Assembly (NCBI GenBank): GCA_964016885.1
Contig: OZ024762.1
Location: 29,388,001 to 29,452,000 of the forward strand
DNA: 64,000 nt
Origin: Eledone cirrhosa
Taxonomy: Eukaryota
Direction of reading: 5' to 3'
The position numbers and the translations under genes were made by a program. Positions 48,101-60,609 of the stretch are shown here, piece after piece (position 1 is the stretch's first letter; every line of letters begins with the position of its first letter). The notes under the pieces were generated by a model. It ran no database searches and was not told the origin of the DNA. It saw only the letters and a list, made by a program, of their open reading frames with translations.

Positions 48101-51100
48101 GTGGTGGGTTGGCAGTGTTGGTAAAGGGTCAGATGTCAGGTTAGGGTGGTGGGTTGGCAGTATTGGTAGAGGGTCAGATGTCAGGTTAGGGTGGTGGGTT
48201 GGCAGTATTGGTAGAGGGTCAAATGTCATGTTAGGGTGGTAGATTGGTAGTAAGGGTAGAGGGTCAGATGTCATGTTAGGGTGGTGGGTTGGCAGTATTG
48301 GTAGAGGGTCAGATGTCAGGTTAGGGTGGTGGGTTGGCAGTAAGGGTAGAGAGTCAGATGTCATGTTAGGGTGGTGGGTTGGCAGTAAGGGTAGAGGGTC
48401 AGATGTCAGGTTAGGGTGGTGGGTTGGCAGTATTGGTAGAGGGTCAGATGTCAGGTTAGGGTGGTGGGTTGGCAGTATTGGTAGAGGGTCAGATGTCAGG
48501 TTAGGGTGGTGGGTTGGCAGTATTGGTAGAGGGTCAGATGTCATGTTAGGGTGGTGGGTTGGCAGTATTGGTAGAGGGTCAGATGTCAGGTTAGGGTGGT
48601 GGGTTGGTAGTAAGGGTAGAGGGTCAGATGTCATGTTAGGGTGGTGGGTTGGCAGTATTGGTAGAGTGTCAGATGTCAGGTTAGGGTGGTAGATTGGCAG
48701 TATTGGTAGAGGGTCAGATGTCAGGTTAAGGTGGTGGTTTGGCAGTAAGGGTAGAGGGTCAGATGTCAGGTTAGGGTGGTGGGTTGGCAGTAAGTGTAGA
48801 GGGTCAGATGTCATGTTAGGGTGGTGGGTTTGCAGTATTGGTAGAGGGTCAGATGTCAGGTTAGGGTGGTGGGTTGGCAGTATTGGTAGAGGGTCAGATG
48901 TCAGGTTAGGGTGGTGGTTTGGCAGTATTGGTAGAGGGTCAGATGTCATGTTAGGGTGGTGGGTTGGCAGTATTGGTAGAGGGTCAGATGTCAGGTTAGG
49001 GTGGTGGGTTGGCAGTAAGGGTAGAGAGTCAGACACCATGTTAGGGTGGTGGGTTAGCAGTAAGGGTAGAGGGTCAGACACCATGTTAGGGTGGTGGGTT
49101 GGCAGTAAGGGTAGAGGGTCAGATGTCAGGTTAGGGTGGTGGATTGGCAGTAAGGGTAGAGGGTCAGATGTCAGGTTAGGGTGGTGGGTTGGCAGTATTG
49201 GTAGAGGGTCAGATGTCATGTTAGGGTGGTGGATTGGCAGTAAGGGTAGAGGGTCAGATGTCAGGTTAGGGTGGTGGGTTGGCAGTATTGGTAGAGGGTC
49301 AGATGTCAGGTTAGGGTGGTGGGTTGGCAGTATTGGTAGAGGGTCAGATGTCAGGTTAGGGTGGTGGGTTGGCAGTATTGGTAGAGGGTCAGATGTCAGG
49401 TTAGGGTGGTAGATTGGTAGTAAGGGTAGAGGGTCAGATGTCATGTTAGGGTGGTAGATTTGCAGTATTGGTAGAGGGTCAGATGTCATGTTAGGGTGGT
49501 GGGTTGTTAGTAAGGGTAGAGGGTCAGATGTCAGGTTAGGGTGGTGGGTTGGCAGTAAGGCTAGAGGGTCAGATGCCATGTTAGGGTGGTAGATTTGCAG
49601 TATTGGTAGAGGGTCAGATGTCATGTTAGGGTGGTGGGTTGGCAGTAAGGGTAGAGGGTCAGACACCATGTTAGGGTGGTGGGTTGGCAGTATTGGTAGA
49701 GGGTCAGATGTCAGGTTAGGGTGGTGGGTTGGCAGTATTGGTAGAGGGTCAGATGTCATGTTATGGTGGTGGGTTGGCAGTATTGGTAGAGGGTCAGATG
49801 TCATGTTAGGGTGGTGGGTTGGCAGTATTGGTAGAGGGTCAGATGTCAGGTTAGGGTGGTAGATTGGCAGTATTGGTAGAGGGTCAGATGTCAGGTTAGG
49901 GTGGTGGTTTGGCAGTAAGGGTAGAGGGTCAGATGTCAGGTTAGGGTGGTGGGTTGGCAGTAAGGGTAGAGGGTCAGATGTCATGTTAGGGTGGTGGGTT
50001 TGCAGTATTAGTAGAGGATCAGATGTCAGGTTAGGGTGGTGGGTTGGCAGTATTGGTAGAGGGTCACATGTCAGGTTAGGGTGGTGGTTTGGCAGTATTG
50101 GTAGATGGTCAGATGTCATGTTAGGGTGGTGGTTTGGCAGTATTGGTAGAGTGTCAGATGTCAGGTTAGGGTGGTGGGTTGGCAGTATTGGTAGAGGGTC
50201 AGGTTAGGGTGGTGGGTTGGCGGTAAGGGTAGAGGGTCAGATGTCAGGTTAGGGTGGTGGGTTGGCAGTATTGGTAGAGGTTCAGGTTAGGGTGGTGGGT
50301 TGGCGGTAAAGGTAGAGGGTCAGATGTCAGGTTAGGGGGGTGGATTGGCAGTAAGGGTAGAGGGTGAGATGTCAGGTTAGGGTGGTGGGTTGGCAGTATT
50401 GGTAGAGGGTCAGATGTCAGGTTAGGGTGGTGGATTGGCAGTAAGGGTAGAGGGTTAGATGTCAGGTTAGGGTGGTGGGTTGGCAGTAAGGGTAGAGGGT
50501 CAGATGTCAGGTTAGGGTGGTGGGTTGGCAGTAAGGGTAGAGGGTCAGATGTCAGGTTAGGGTGGTGGGTTGGCAGTATTGGTAGAGGGTCAGATGTCAG
50601 GTTAGGGTGGTGGGTTGGCAGTATTGGTAGAGGGTCAGATGTCAGGTTAGGGTGGGGGGTTGGCAGAATTGGTAGAGGGTCAGATGTCAGGTTAGGGTGG
50701 TGGGTTGGCAGTAAGGGTAGAGAGTCAGACACCATGTTAGGGTGGTGGGTTGGCAGTAAGGGTAGAGGGTCAGACACCATGTTAGGGTGGTGGGTTGGCA
50801 GTAAGGGTAGAGGGTCAGATGTCAGGTTAGGGTGGTGGATTGGCAGTAAGGGTAGAGGGTCAGATGTCAGGTTAGGGTGGTGGGTTTGCAGTATTGGTAG
50901 AGGGTCAGATGTCATGTTAGGGTGGTGGATTGGCAGTAAGGGTAGAGGGTCAGATGTCAGGTTAGGGTGGTGGGTTGGCAGTATTGGTAGAGGGTCAGAT
51001 GTCAGGTTAGGGTGGTGGGTTGGCAGTATTGGTAGAGGGTCAGATGTCAGGTTAGGGTGGTGGGTTGGCAGTATTGGTAGAGGGTCAGATGTCAGGTTAG

Positions 51101-54100
51101 GGTGGTAGATTGGTAGTAAGGGTAGAGGGTCAGATGTCATGTTAGGGTGGTAGATTTGCAGTATTGGTAGAGGGTCAGATGTCATGTTAGGGTGGTGGGT
51201 TGTTAGTAAGGGTAGAGGGTCAGATGTCAGGTTAGGGTGGTGGGTTGGCAGTAAGGCTAGAGGGTCAGATGCCATGTTAGGGTGGTGGGATGGCAGTAAG
51301 GGTAGAGGGTCAGATGTCATGTTAGGGTGGTGGGTTGGCAGTATTGGTAGAGGGTCAGACGCCATGTTAGGGTGGTGGGTTGGCAGTATTGGTAGAGGGT
51401 CAGATATCATGTTAGGGTGGTGGGTTGGCAGTATTGGTAGAGGGTCAGATGTCATGTTAGGGTGGTGGGTTGGCAGTATTGGTAGAGGGTCAGATGTCAG
51501 GTTAGGGTGGTGGGTTGGCAGTAAGGGAAGAGGGTCAGATGTCAGCTTAGGGTGGTGGGTTGCCAGTATTGGTAGAGGGTCAGATGTCAGGTTAGGGTGG
51601 TGGGTTGGCAGTATTGGTAGAGGGTCAAATGTCAGGTTAGGGTGGTGGGTTGGCAGTATTGGTAGAGGGTCAGATGTCAGGTTAGGGTGGTGGGTTGGCA
51701 GTAAGGGTAGAGGGTCAGATGTCAGGTTAGGGTGGTGGGTTGGCAGTATTGGTAGAGGGTCAGATGTCATGTTAGGTTGGTGGGTTGGCAGTATTGGTAG
51801 AGGGTCAGATGTCAGGTTAGGGTGGTAGATTGGTAGTAAGGGTAGAGGGTCAGATGTCATGTTAGGGTGGTAGATTTGCAGTATTGGTAGAGGGTCAGAT
51901 GTCATGTTAGCGTGGTGGGTTGTTAGTAAGGGTAGAGGGTCAGATGTCAGGTTAGGGTGGTGGGTTGGCAGTAAGGGTAGAGGGTCACATGCCATGTTAG
52001 GGTGGTAGATTTGCAGTATTGGTAGAGGGTCAGATGTCATGTTAGGGTGGTGGGTTGGCAGTAAGGGTAGAGGGTCAGACACCATGTTAGGGTGGTTGGT
52101 TGGCAGTATTGGTAGAGGGTCAGATGTCAGGTTAGGGTGGTGGGTTGGCAGTATTGGTAGAGGGTCAGATGTCAGGTTAGGGTGGTGGGTTGGCAGTATT
52201 GGTAGAGGGTCAGATGTCATGTTAGGATGGTGGATTGGCAGTAAGGGTAGAGGGTCAGATGTCATGTTAGGGTGGTGGGTTGGCAGTGTTGGTAAAGGGT
52301 CAGATGTCAGGTTAGGGTGGTGGGTTGGCAGTATTGGTAGAGGGTCAGATGTCAGGTTAGGGTGGTGGGTTGGCAGTATTGGTAGAGGGTCAAATGTCAT
52401 GTTAGGGTGGTAGATTGGTAGTAAGGGTAGAGGGTCAGATGTCATGTTAGGGTGGTGGGTTGGCAGTATTGGTAGAGGGTCAGATGTCAGGTTAGGGTGG
52501 TGGGTTGGCAGTAAGGGTAGAGAGTCAGATGTCATGTTAGGGTGGTGGGTTGGCAGTAAGGGTAGAGGGTCAGATGTCAGGTTAGGGTGGTGGGTTGGCA
52601 GTATTGGTAGAGGGTCAGATGTCAGGTTAGGGTGGTGGGTTGGCAGTATTGGTAGAGGGTCAGATGTCAGGTTAGGGTGGTGGGTTGGCAGTATTGGTAG
52701 AGGGTCAGATGTCATGTTAGGGTGGTGGGTTGGCAGTATTGGTAGAGGGTCAGATGTCAGGTTAGGGTGGTGGGTTGGTAGTAAGGGTAGAGGGTCAGAT
52801 GTCATGTTAGGGTGGTGGGTTGGCAGTATTGGTAGAGTGTCAGATGTCAGGTTAGGGTGGTAGATTGGCAGTATTGGTAGAGGGTCAGATGTCAGGTTAA
52901 GGTGGTGGTTTGGCAGTAAGGGTAGAGGGTCAGATGTCAGGTTAGGGTGGTGGGTTGGCAGTAAGTGTAGAGGGTCAGATGTCATGTTAGGGTGGTGGGT
53001 TTGCAGTATTGGTAGAGGGTCAGATGTCAGGTTAGGGTGGTGGGTTGGCAGTATTGGTAGAGGGTCAGATGTCAGGTTAGGGTGGTGGTTTGGCAGTATT
53101 GGTAGAGGGTCAGATGTCATGTTAGGGTGGTGGGTTGGCAGTATTGGTAGAGGGTCAGATGTCAGGTTAGGGTGGTGGGTTGGCAGTAAGGGTAGAGAGT
53201 CAGACACCATGTTAGGGTGGTGGGTTAGCAGTAAGGGTAGAGGGTCAGACACCATGTTAGGGTGGTGGGTTGGCAGTAAGGGTAGAGGGTCAGATGTCAG
53301 GTTAGGGTGGTGGATTGGCAGTAAGGGTAGAGGGTCAGATGTCAGGTTAGGGTGGTGGGTTGGCAGTATTGGTAGAGGGTCAGATGTCAGGTTAGGGTGG
53401 TGGGTTGGCAGTATTGGTAGAGGGTCAGATGTCAGGTTAGGGTGGTGGGTTGGCAGTATTGGTAGAGGGTCAGATGTCAGGTTAGGGTGGTAGATTGGTA
53501 GTAAGGGTAGAGGGTCAGATGTCATGTTAGGGTGGTAGATTTGCAGTATTGGTAGAGGGTCAGATGTCATGTTAGGGTGGTGGGTTGTTAGTAAGGGTAG
53601 AGGGTCAGATGTCAGGTTAGGGTGGTGGGTTGGCAGTAAGGCTAGAGGGTCAGATGCCATGTTAGGGTGGTAGATTTGCAGTATTGGTAGAGGGTCAGAT
53701 GTCATGTTAGGGTGGTGGGTTGGCAGTAAGGGTAGAGGGTCAGACACCATGTTAGGGTGGTGGGTTGGCAGTATTGGTAGAGGGTCAGATGTCAGGTTAG
53801 GGTGGTGGGTTGGCAGTATTGGTAGAGGGTCAGATGTCATGTTATGGTGGTGGGTTGGCAGTATTGGTAGAGGGTCAGATGTCATGTTAGGGTGGTGGGT
53901 TGGCAGTATTGGTAGAGGGTCAGATGTCAGGTTAGGGTGGTAGATTGGCAGTATTGGTAGAGGGTCAGATGTCAGGTTAGGGTGGTGGTTTGGCAGTAAG
54001 GGTAGAGGGTCAGATGTCAGGTTAGGGTGGTGGGTTGGCAGTAAGGGTAGAGGGTCAGATGTCATGTTAGGGTGGTGGGTTTGCAGTATTAGTAGAGGAT

Positions 54101-57100
54101 CAGATGTCAGGTTAGGGTGGTGGGTTGGCAGTATTGGTAGAGGGTCACATGTCAGGTTAGGGTGGTGGTTTGGCAGTATTGGTAGATGGTCAGATGTCAT
54201 GTTAGGGTGGTGGTTTGGCAGTATTGGTAGAGTGTCAGATGTCAGGTTAGGGTGGTGGGTTGGCAGTATTGGTAGAGGGTCAGGTTAGGGTGGTGGGTTG
54301 GCGGTAAGGGTAGAGGGTCAGATGTCAGGTTAGGGTGGTGGGTTGGCAGTATTGGTAGAGGTTCAGGTTAGGGTGGTGGGTTGGCGGTAAAGGTAGAGGG
54401 TCAGATGTCAGGTTAGGGGGGTGGATTGGCAGTAAGGGTAGAGGGTGAGATGTCAGGTTAGGGTGGTGGGTTGGCAGTATTGGTAGAGGGTCAGATGTCA
54501 GGTTAGGGTGGTGGATTGGCAGTAAGGGTAGAGGGTTAGATGTCAGGTTAGGGTGGTGGGTTGGCAGTAAGGGTAGAGGGTCAGATGTCAGGTTAGGGTG
54601 GTGGGTTGGCAGTAAGGGTAGAGGGTCAGATGTCAGGTTAGGGTGGTGGGTTGGCAGTATTGGTAGAGGGTCAGATGTCAGGTTAGGGTGGTGGGTTGGC
54701 AGTATTGGTAGAGGGTCAGATGTCAGGTTAGGGTGGGGGGTTGGCAGAATTGGTAGAGGGTCAGATGTCAGGTTAGGGTGGTGGGTTGGCAGTAAGGGTA
54801 GAGAGTCAGACACCATGTTAGGGTGGTGGGTTGGCAGTAAGGGTAGAGGGTCAGACACCATGTTAGGGTGGTGGGTTGGCAGTAAGGGTAGAGGGTCAGA
54901 TGTCAGGTTAGGGTGGTGGATTGGCAGTAAGGGTAGAGGGTCAGATGTCAGGTTAGGGTGGTGGGTTTGCAGTATTGGTAGAGGGTCAGATGTCATGTTA
55001 GGGTGGTGGATTGGCAGTAAGGGTAGAGGGTCAGATGTCAGGTTAGGGTGGTGGGTTGGCAGTATTGGTAGAGGGTCAGATGTCAGGTTAGGGTGGTGGG
55101 TTGGCAGTATTGGTAGAGGGTCAGATGTCAGGTTAGGGTGGTGGGTTGGCAGTATTGGTAGAGGGTCAGATGTCAGGTTAGGGTGGTAGATTGGTAGTAA
55201 GGGTAGAGGGTCAGATGTCATGTTAGGGTGGTAGATTTGCAGTATTGGTAGAGGGTCAGATGTCATGTTAGGGTGGTGGGTTGTTAGTAAGGGTAGAGGG
55301 TCAGATGTCAGGTTAGGGTGGTGGGTTGGCAGTAAGGCTAGAGGGTCAGATGCCATGTTAGGGTGGTAGATTTGCAGTATTGGTAGAGGGTCAGATGTCA
55401 TGTTAGGGTGGTGGGTTGGCAGTAAGGGTAGAGGGTCAGACACCATGTTAGGGTGGTGGGTTGGCAGTATTGGTAGAGGGTCAGATGTCAGGTTAGGGTG
55501 GTGGGTTGGCAGTAAGGGTAGAGGGTCAGATGTCAGGTTAGGGTGGTGGGTTGGCAGTATTGGTAGAGGGTCAGATGTCAGGTTAGGGTGGTGGATTGGC
55601 AGTAAGGGTAGAGGGTTAGATGTCAGGTTAGGGTGGTGGGTTGGCAGTAAGGGTAGAGGATCAGATGTCAGGTTAGGGTGGTGGGTTGGCAGTAAGGGTA
55701 GAGGGTCAGATGTCAGGTTAGGGTGGTGGGTTGGCAGTATTGGTAGAGGGTCAGATGTCAGGTTAGGGTGGTGGGTTGGCAGTATTGGTAGAGGGTCAGA
55801 TGTCAGGTTAGGGTGGGGGGTTGGCAGTATTGGTAGAGGGTCAGATGTCAGGTTAGGGTGGTGGGTTGGCAGTAAGGGTAGAGAGTCAGACACCATGTTA
55901 GGGTGGTGGGTTGGCAGTAAGGGTAGAGGGTCAGACACCATGTTAGGGTGGTGGGTTGGCAGTAAGGGTAGAGGGTCAGATGTCAGGTTAGGGTGGTGGA
56001 TTGGCAGTAAGGGTAGAGGGTCAGATGTCAGGTTAGGGTGGTGGGTTGGCAGTATTGGTAGAGGGTCAGATGTCATGTTAGGGTGGTGGATTGGCAGTAA
56101 GGGTAGAGGGTCAGATGTCAGGTTAGGGTGGTGGGTTGGCAGTATTGGTAGAGGGTCAGATGTCAGGTTAGGGTGGTGGGTTGGCAGTATTGGTAGAGGG
56201 TCAGATGTCAGGTTAGGGTGGTGGGTTGGCAGTATTGGTAGAGGGTCAGATGTCAGGTTAGGGTGGTAGATTGGGAGTAAGGGTAGAGGGTCAGATGTCA
56301 TGTTAGGGTGGTAGATTTGCAGTATTGGTAGAGGGTCAGATGTCATGTTAGGGTGGTGGGTTGTTAGTAACGGTAGAGGGTCAGATGTCAGGTTAGGGTG
56401 GTGGGTTGGCAGTAAGGCTAGAGGGTCAGATGCCATGTTAGGGTGGTAGATTTGCAGTATTGGTAGAGGGTCAGATGTCATGTTAGGGTGGTGGGTTGGC
56501 AGTAAGGGTAGAGGGTCAGACACCATGTTAGGGTAGTGGGTTGGCAGTATTGGTAGAGGGTCAGATGTCAGGTTAGAGTGGTGGGTTGGCAGTATTGGTA
56601 GAGGGTCAGATGTCATGTTAGGGTGGTGGATTGGCAGTAAGGGTAGAGGGTCAGATGTCATGTTAGTGTGGTGGGTTGGCAGTATTGGTAGAGGGTCAGA
56701 TGTCAGGTTAGGGTGGTTGGTTGGCAGTATTGGTAGAGGGTCACATGTCATGTTAGGGTGGTGGGTTGGCAGTATTGGTAGAGGGTCAGACGTCAGGTTA
56801 GGGTGGTGGGTTGGCAGTATTGGTAGAGGGTCAGATGTCAGGTTAGGGTGGTGGGTTGGCAGTATTGGTAGAGGGTCAGATGTCATGTTAGTGTGGTAGA
56901 TTGGTAGTAAGGGTAGAGGGTCAGATGTCATGTTAGGGTGGTGGGTTGGCAGTATTGGTAGAGGGTCAGATATCAGGTTAGGGTGGTGGGTTGGCAGTAA
57001 GGGTAGAGGGTCAGATGTCAGGTTAGGGTGGTGGGTTGGCAGTAAGGGTAGAGTGTCAGATGTCATGTTAGGGTGGTGGGTTGGCAGTAAGGGTAGAGGG

Positions 57101-59600
57101 TCAGATGTCAGGTTAGGGTGGTGGGTTGGCAGTATTGGTAGAGGGTCAGATGTCAGGTTAGGGTGGTGGGTTGGCAGTATTGGTAGAGGGTCAGATGTCA
57201 GGTTAGGGTGGTGGGTTGGCAGTATTGGTAGAGGGTCAGATGTCATGTTATGGTGGTGGGTTGGCAGTAAGGGTAGAGGGTCAGATGTCATGTTAGGGTG
57301 GTGGGTTGGCAGTATTGGTAGAGGGTCAGATGTCAGGTTAGGGTGGTAGATTGGCAGTTTTGGTAGAGGGTCAGATGTCAGGTTAGGGTGGTGGTTTGGC
57401 AGTAAGGGTAGAGGGTCAGATGTCAGGTTAGGGTGGTGGGTTGGCAGTAAGGGTAGAGGGTCAGATGTCATGTTTGGGTGGTGGGTTTGCAGTATTGGTA
57501 GAGGGTCAGATGTCAGGTTAGGGTGGTGGGTTGGCAGTATTGGTAGAGGGTCACATGTCAGGTTAGGGTGGTGGTTTGGCAGTATTGGTAGAGGGTCAGA
57601 TGTCATGTTAGGGTGGTGGTTTGGCAGTATTGGTAGAGTGTCAGATGTCATGTTAGGGTGGTGGTTTGGCAGTAAGGGTAGAGGGTCAGATGTCATGTTA
57701 GGGTGGTGGGATGGCAGTAAGGGTAGAGGGTCAGATGTCATGTTAGGGTGGTGGGTTGGCAGTATTGGTAGAGGGTCAGACGCCATGTTAGGGTGGTGGG
57801 TTGGCAGTATTGGTAGAGGGTCAGATATCATGTTAGGGTGGTGGGTTGGCAGTATTGGTAGAGGGTCAGATGTCATGTTAGGGTGGTGGGTTGGCAGTAT
57901 TGGTAGAGGGTCAGATGTCAGGTTAGGGTGGTGGGTTGGCAGTAAGGGAAGAGGGTCAGATGTCAGCTTAGGGTGGTGGGTTGCCAGTATTGGTAGAGGG
58001 TCAGATGTCAGGTTAGGGTGGTGGGTTGGCAGTATTGGTAGAGGGTCAAATGTCAGGTTAGGGTGGTGGGTTGGCAGTATTGGTAGAGGGTCAGATGTCA
58101 GGTTAGGGTGGTGGGTTGGCAGTAAGGGTAGAGGGTCAGATGTCAGGTTAGGGTGGTGGGTTGGCAGTATTGGTAGAGGGTCAGATGTCATGTTAGGTTG
58201 GTGGGTTGGCAGTATTGGTAGAGGGTCAGATGTCAGGTTAGGGTGGTAGATTGGTAGTAAGGGTAGAGGGTCAGATGTCATGTTAGGGTGGTAGATTTGC
58301 AGTATTGGTAGAGGGTCAGATGTCATGTTAGGGTGGTGGGTTGTTAGTAAGGGTAGAGGGTCAGATGTCAGGTTAGGGTGGTGGGTTGGCAGTAAGGGTA
58401 GAGGGTCACATGCCATGTTAGGGTGGTAGATTTGCAGTATTGGTAGAGGGTCAGATGTCATGTTAGGGTGGTGGGTTGGCAGTAAGGGTAGAGGGTCAGA
58501 CACCATGTTAGGGTGGTTGGTTGGCAGTATTGGTAGAGGGTCAGATGTCAGGTTAGGGTGGTGGGTTGGCAGTATTGGTAGAGGGTCAGATGTCAGGTTA
58601 GGGTGGTGGGTTGGCAGTATTGGTAGAGGGTCAGATGTCATGTTAGGATGGTGGATTGGCAGTAAGGGTAGAGGGTCAGATGTCATGTTAGGGTGGTGGG
58701 TTGGCAGTATTGGTAAAGGGTCAGATGTCAGGTTAGGGTGGTGGGTTGGCAGTATTGGTAGAGGGTCAGATGTCAGGTTAGGGTGGTGGGTTGGCAGTAT
58801 TGGTAGAGGGTCAAATGTCATGTTAGGGTGGTAGATTGGTAGTAAGGGTAGAGGGTCAGATGTCATGTTAGGGTGGTGGGTTGGCAGTATTGGTAGAGGG
58901 TCAGATGTCAGGTTAGGGTGGTGGGTTGGCAGTAAGGGTAGAGGGTCAGATGTCATGTTAGGGTGGTGGGTTGGCAGTAAGGGTAGAGGGTCAGATGTCA
59001 GGTTAGGGTGGTGGGTTGGCAGTATTGGTAGAGGGTCAGATGTCAGGTTAGGGTGGTGGGTTGGCAGTATTGGTAGAGGGTCAGATGTCAGGTTAGGGTG
59101 GTGGGTTGGCAGTATTGGTAGAGGGTCAGATGTCATGTTAGGGTGGTGGGTTGGCAGTATTGGTAGAGGGTCAGATGTCAGGTTAGGGTGGTGGGTTGTT
59201 AGTAAGGGTAGAGGGTCAGATGTCATGTTAGGGTGGTGGGTTGGCAGTATTGGTAGAGTGTCAGATGTCAGGTTAGGGTGGTAGATTGGCAGTATTGGTA
59301 GAGGGTCAGATGTCAGGTTAAGGTGGTGGTTTGGCAGTAAGGGTAGAGGGTCAGATGTCAGGTTAGGGTGGTGGGTTGGCAGTAAGTGTAGAGGGTCAGA
59401 TGTCATGTTAGGGTGGTGGGTTTGCAGTATTGGTAGAGGGTCAGATGTCAGGTTAGGGTGGTGGGTTGGCAGTATTGGTAGAGGGTCAGATGTCAGGTTA
59501 GGGTGGTGGTTTGGCAGTATTGGTAGAGGGTCAGATGTCATGTTAGGGTGGTGGGTTGGCAGTATTGGTAGAGGGTCAGATGTCAGGTTAGGGTGGTGGT
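36130..59600 (+). repeat. Higher-order repeat family of variable length (periods 6557, 6285 and 4081 bp, plus a partial fourth copy)
   Basis: An identical 74-aa ORF ending at a paired 7-bp deletion recurs at 37365, 43922, 50207 and 54288. Shared internal markers include TTAGGGGGTGGAT, AAGGGAAG+TCAGCTTAG, GTCAAATG and CAGTTTTGG. Confidence 0.92.
37520..39640 (+). repeat. Internal 1080-bp (24-unit) tandem duplication, also present at about 44080-46190 and 54445-56530
   Basis: Markers GGGTTAGATG, TGGGGGG, AGAGTCAGACACC and the TAGAT cluster recur at +1080 (ORF ends 38266/39346 and 55189/56269; 44823/45902 is +1079 because of a 1-bp deletion). Confidence 0.9.
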
Positions 59601-60609
59601 TTGGCAGTAAGGGTAGAGGGTCAGATGTCATGTTAGGGTGGTGGGTTGGCAGTAAGGGTAGAGGGTCAGATGTCATGTTAAGGTGGTGGGTTGGCAGTAT
59701 TGGTAGACGGTCAGACGCCATGTTAGGGTGGTGGGTTGGCAGTATTGGTAGAGGGTCAGATGTCATGTTAGGGTGGTGGGTTGGCAGTATTGGTAGAGGG
59801 TCAGATGTCATGTTAGGGTGGTGGGTTGGCAGTATTGGTAGAGGGTCAGATGTCAGGTTAGGGTGGTGGGTTGGCAGTAAGGGTAGAGGGTCAGATGTCA
59901 GGTTAGGGTGGTGGGTTGCCAGTATTGGTAGAGGGTCAGATGTCAGGTTAGGGTTGTGGGTTGGCAGTATTGGTAGAGGGTCAGATGTCAGGTTAGGGTG
60001 GTGGGTTGGCAGTATTGGTAGAGGGTCAGATATCAGGTTAGGGTGGTGGGTTGGCAGTAAGGGTAGAGGGTCAGATGTCAGGTTAGGGTGGTGGGTTGGC
60101 AGTATTGGTAGAGGGTCAGATGTCATGTTAGTGTGGTGGGTTGGCAGTATTGGTAGAGGGTCAGATGTCATGTTAGGGTGGTGGGTTGGCAGTATTGGTG
60201 GAGGATCAGATGTCATGTTAGGGTGGTGGGTTGGCAGTATTGGTAGAGGGTCAGATGTCAGGTTAGGGTGGTGGGTTGGCAGTAAGGATAGAGGGTCAGA
60301 TGTCAGGTTAGGGTGGTGGGTTGGCAGTATTGGTAGAGGGTCAGATGTCAGGTTAGGGTGGTGGGTTGTCAGTAAGGGTAGAGGGTCAGATGTCAGGTTA
60401 GGGTGGTGGGTTGGCAGTAAGGGTAGAGGGTCAGATGTCAGGTTATGGTGGTGGGTTGGCAGTATTGGTAGAGGGTCAGATGTCAGGTTAGGGTGGTGGG
60501 TTGGCAGTATTGGTAGAGGGTCAGATGTCAGGTTAGGGTGGTGGGTTGGCAGTATTGGTAGAGGGTCCGATGTCAGGTTAGGGTGGTGCGTTGGCAGTAA
60601 GGGTAGAGG

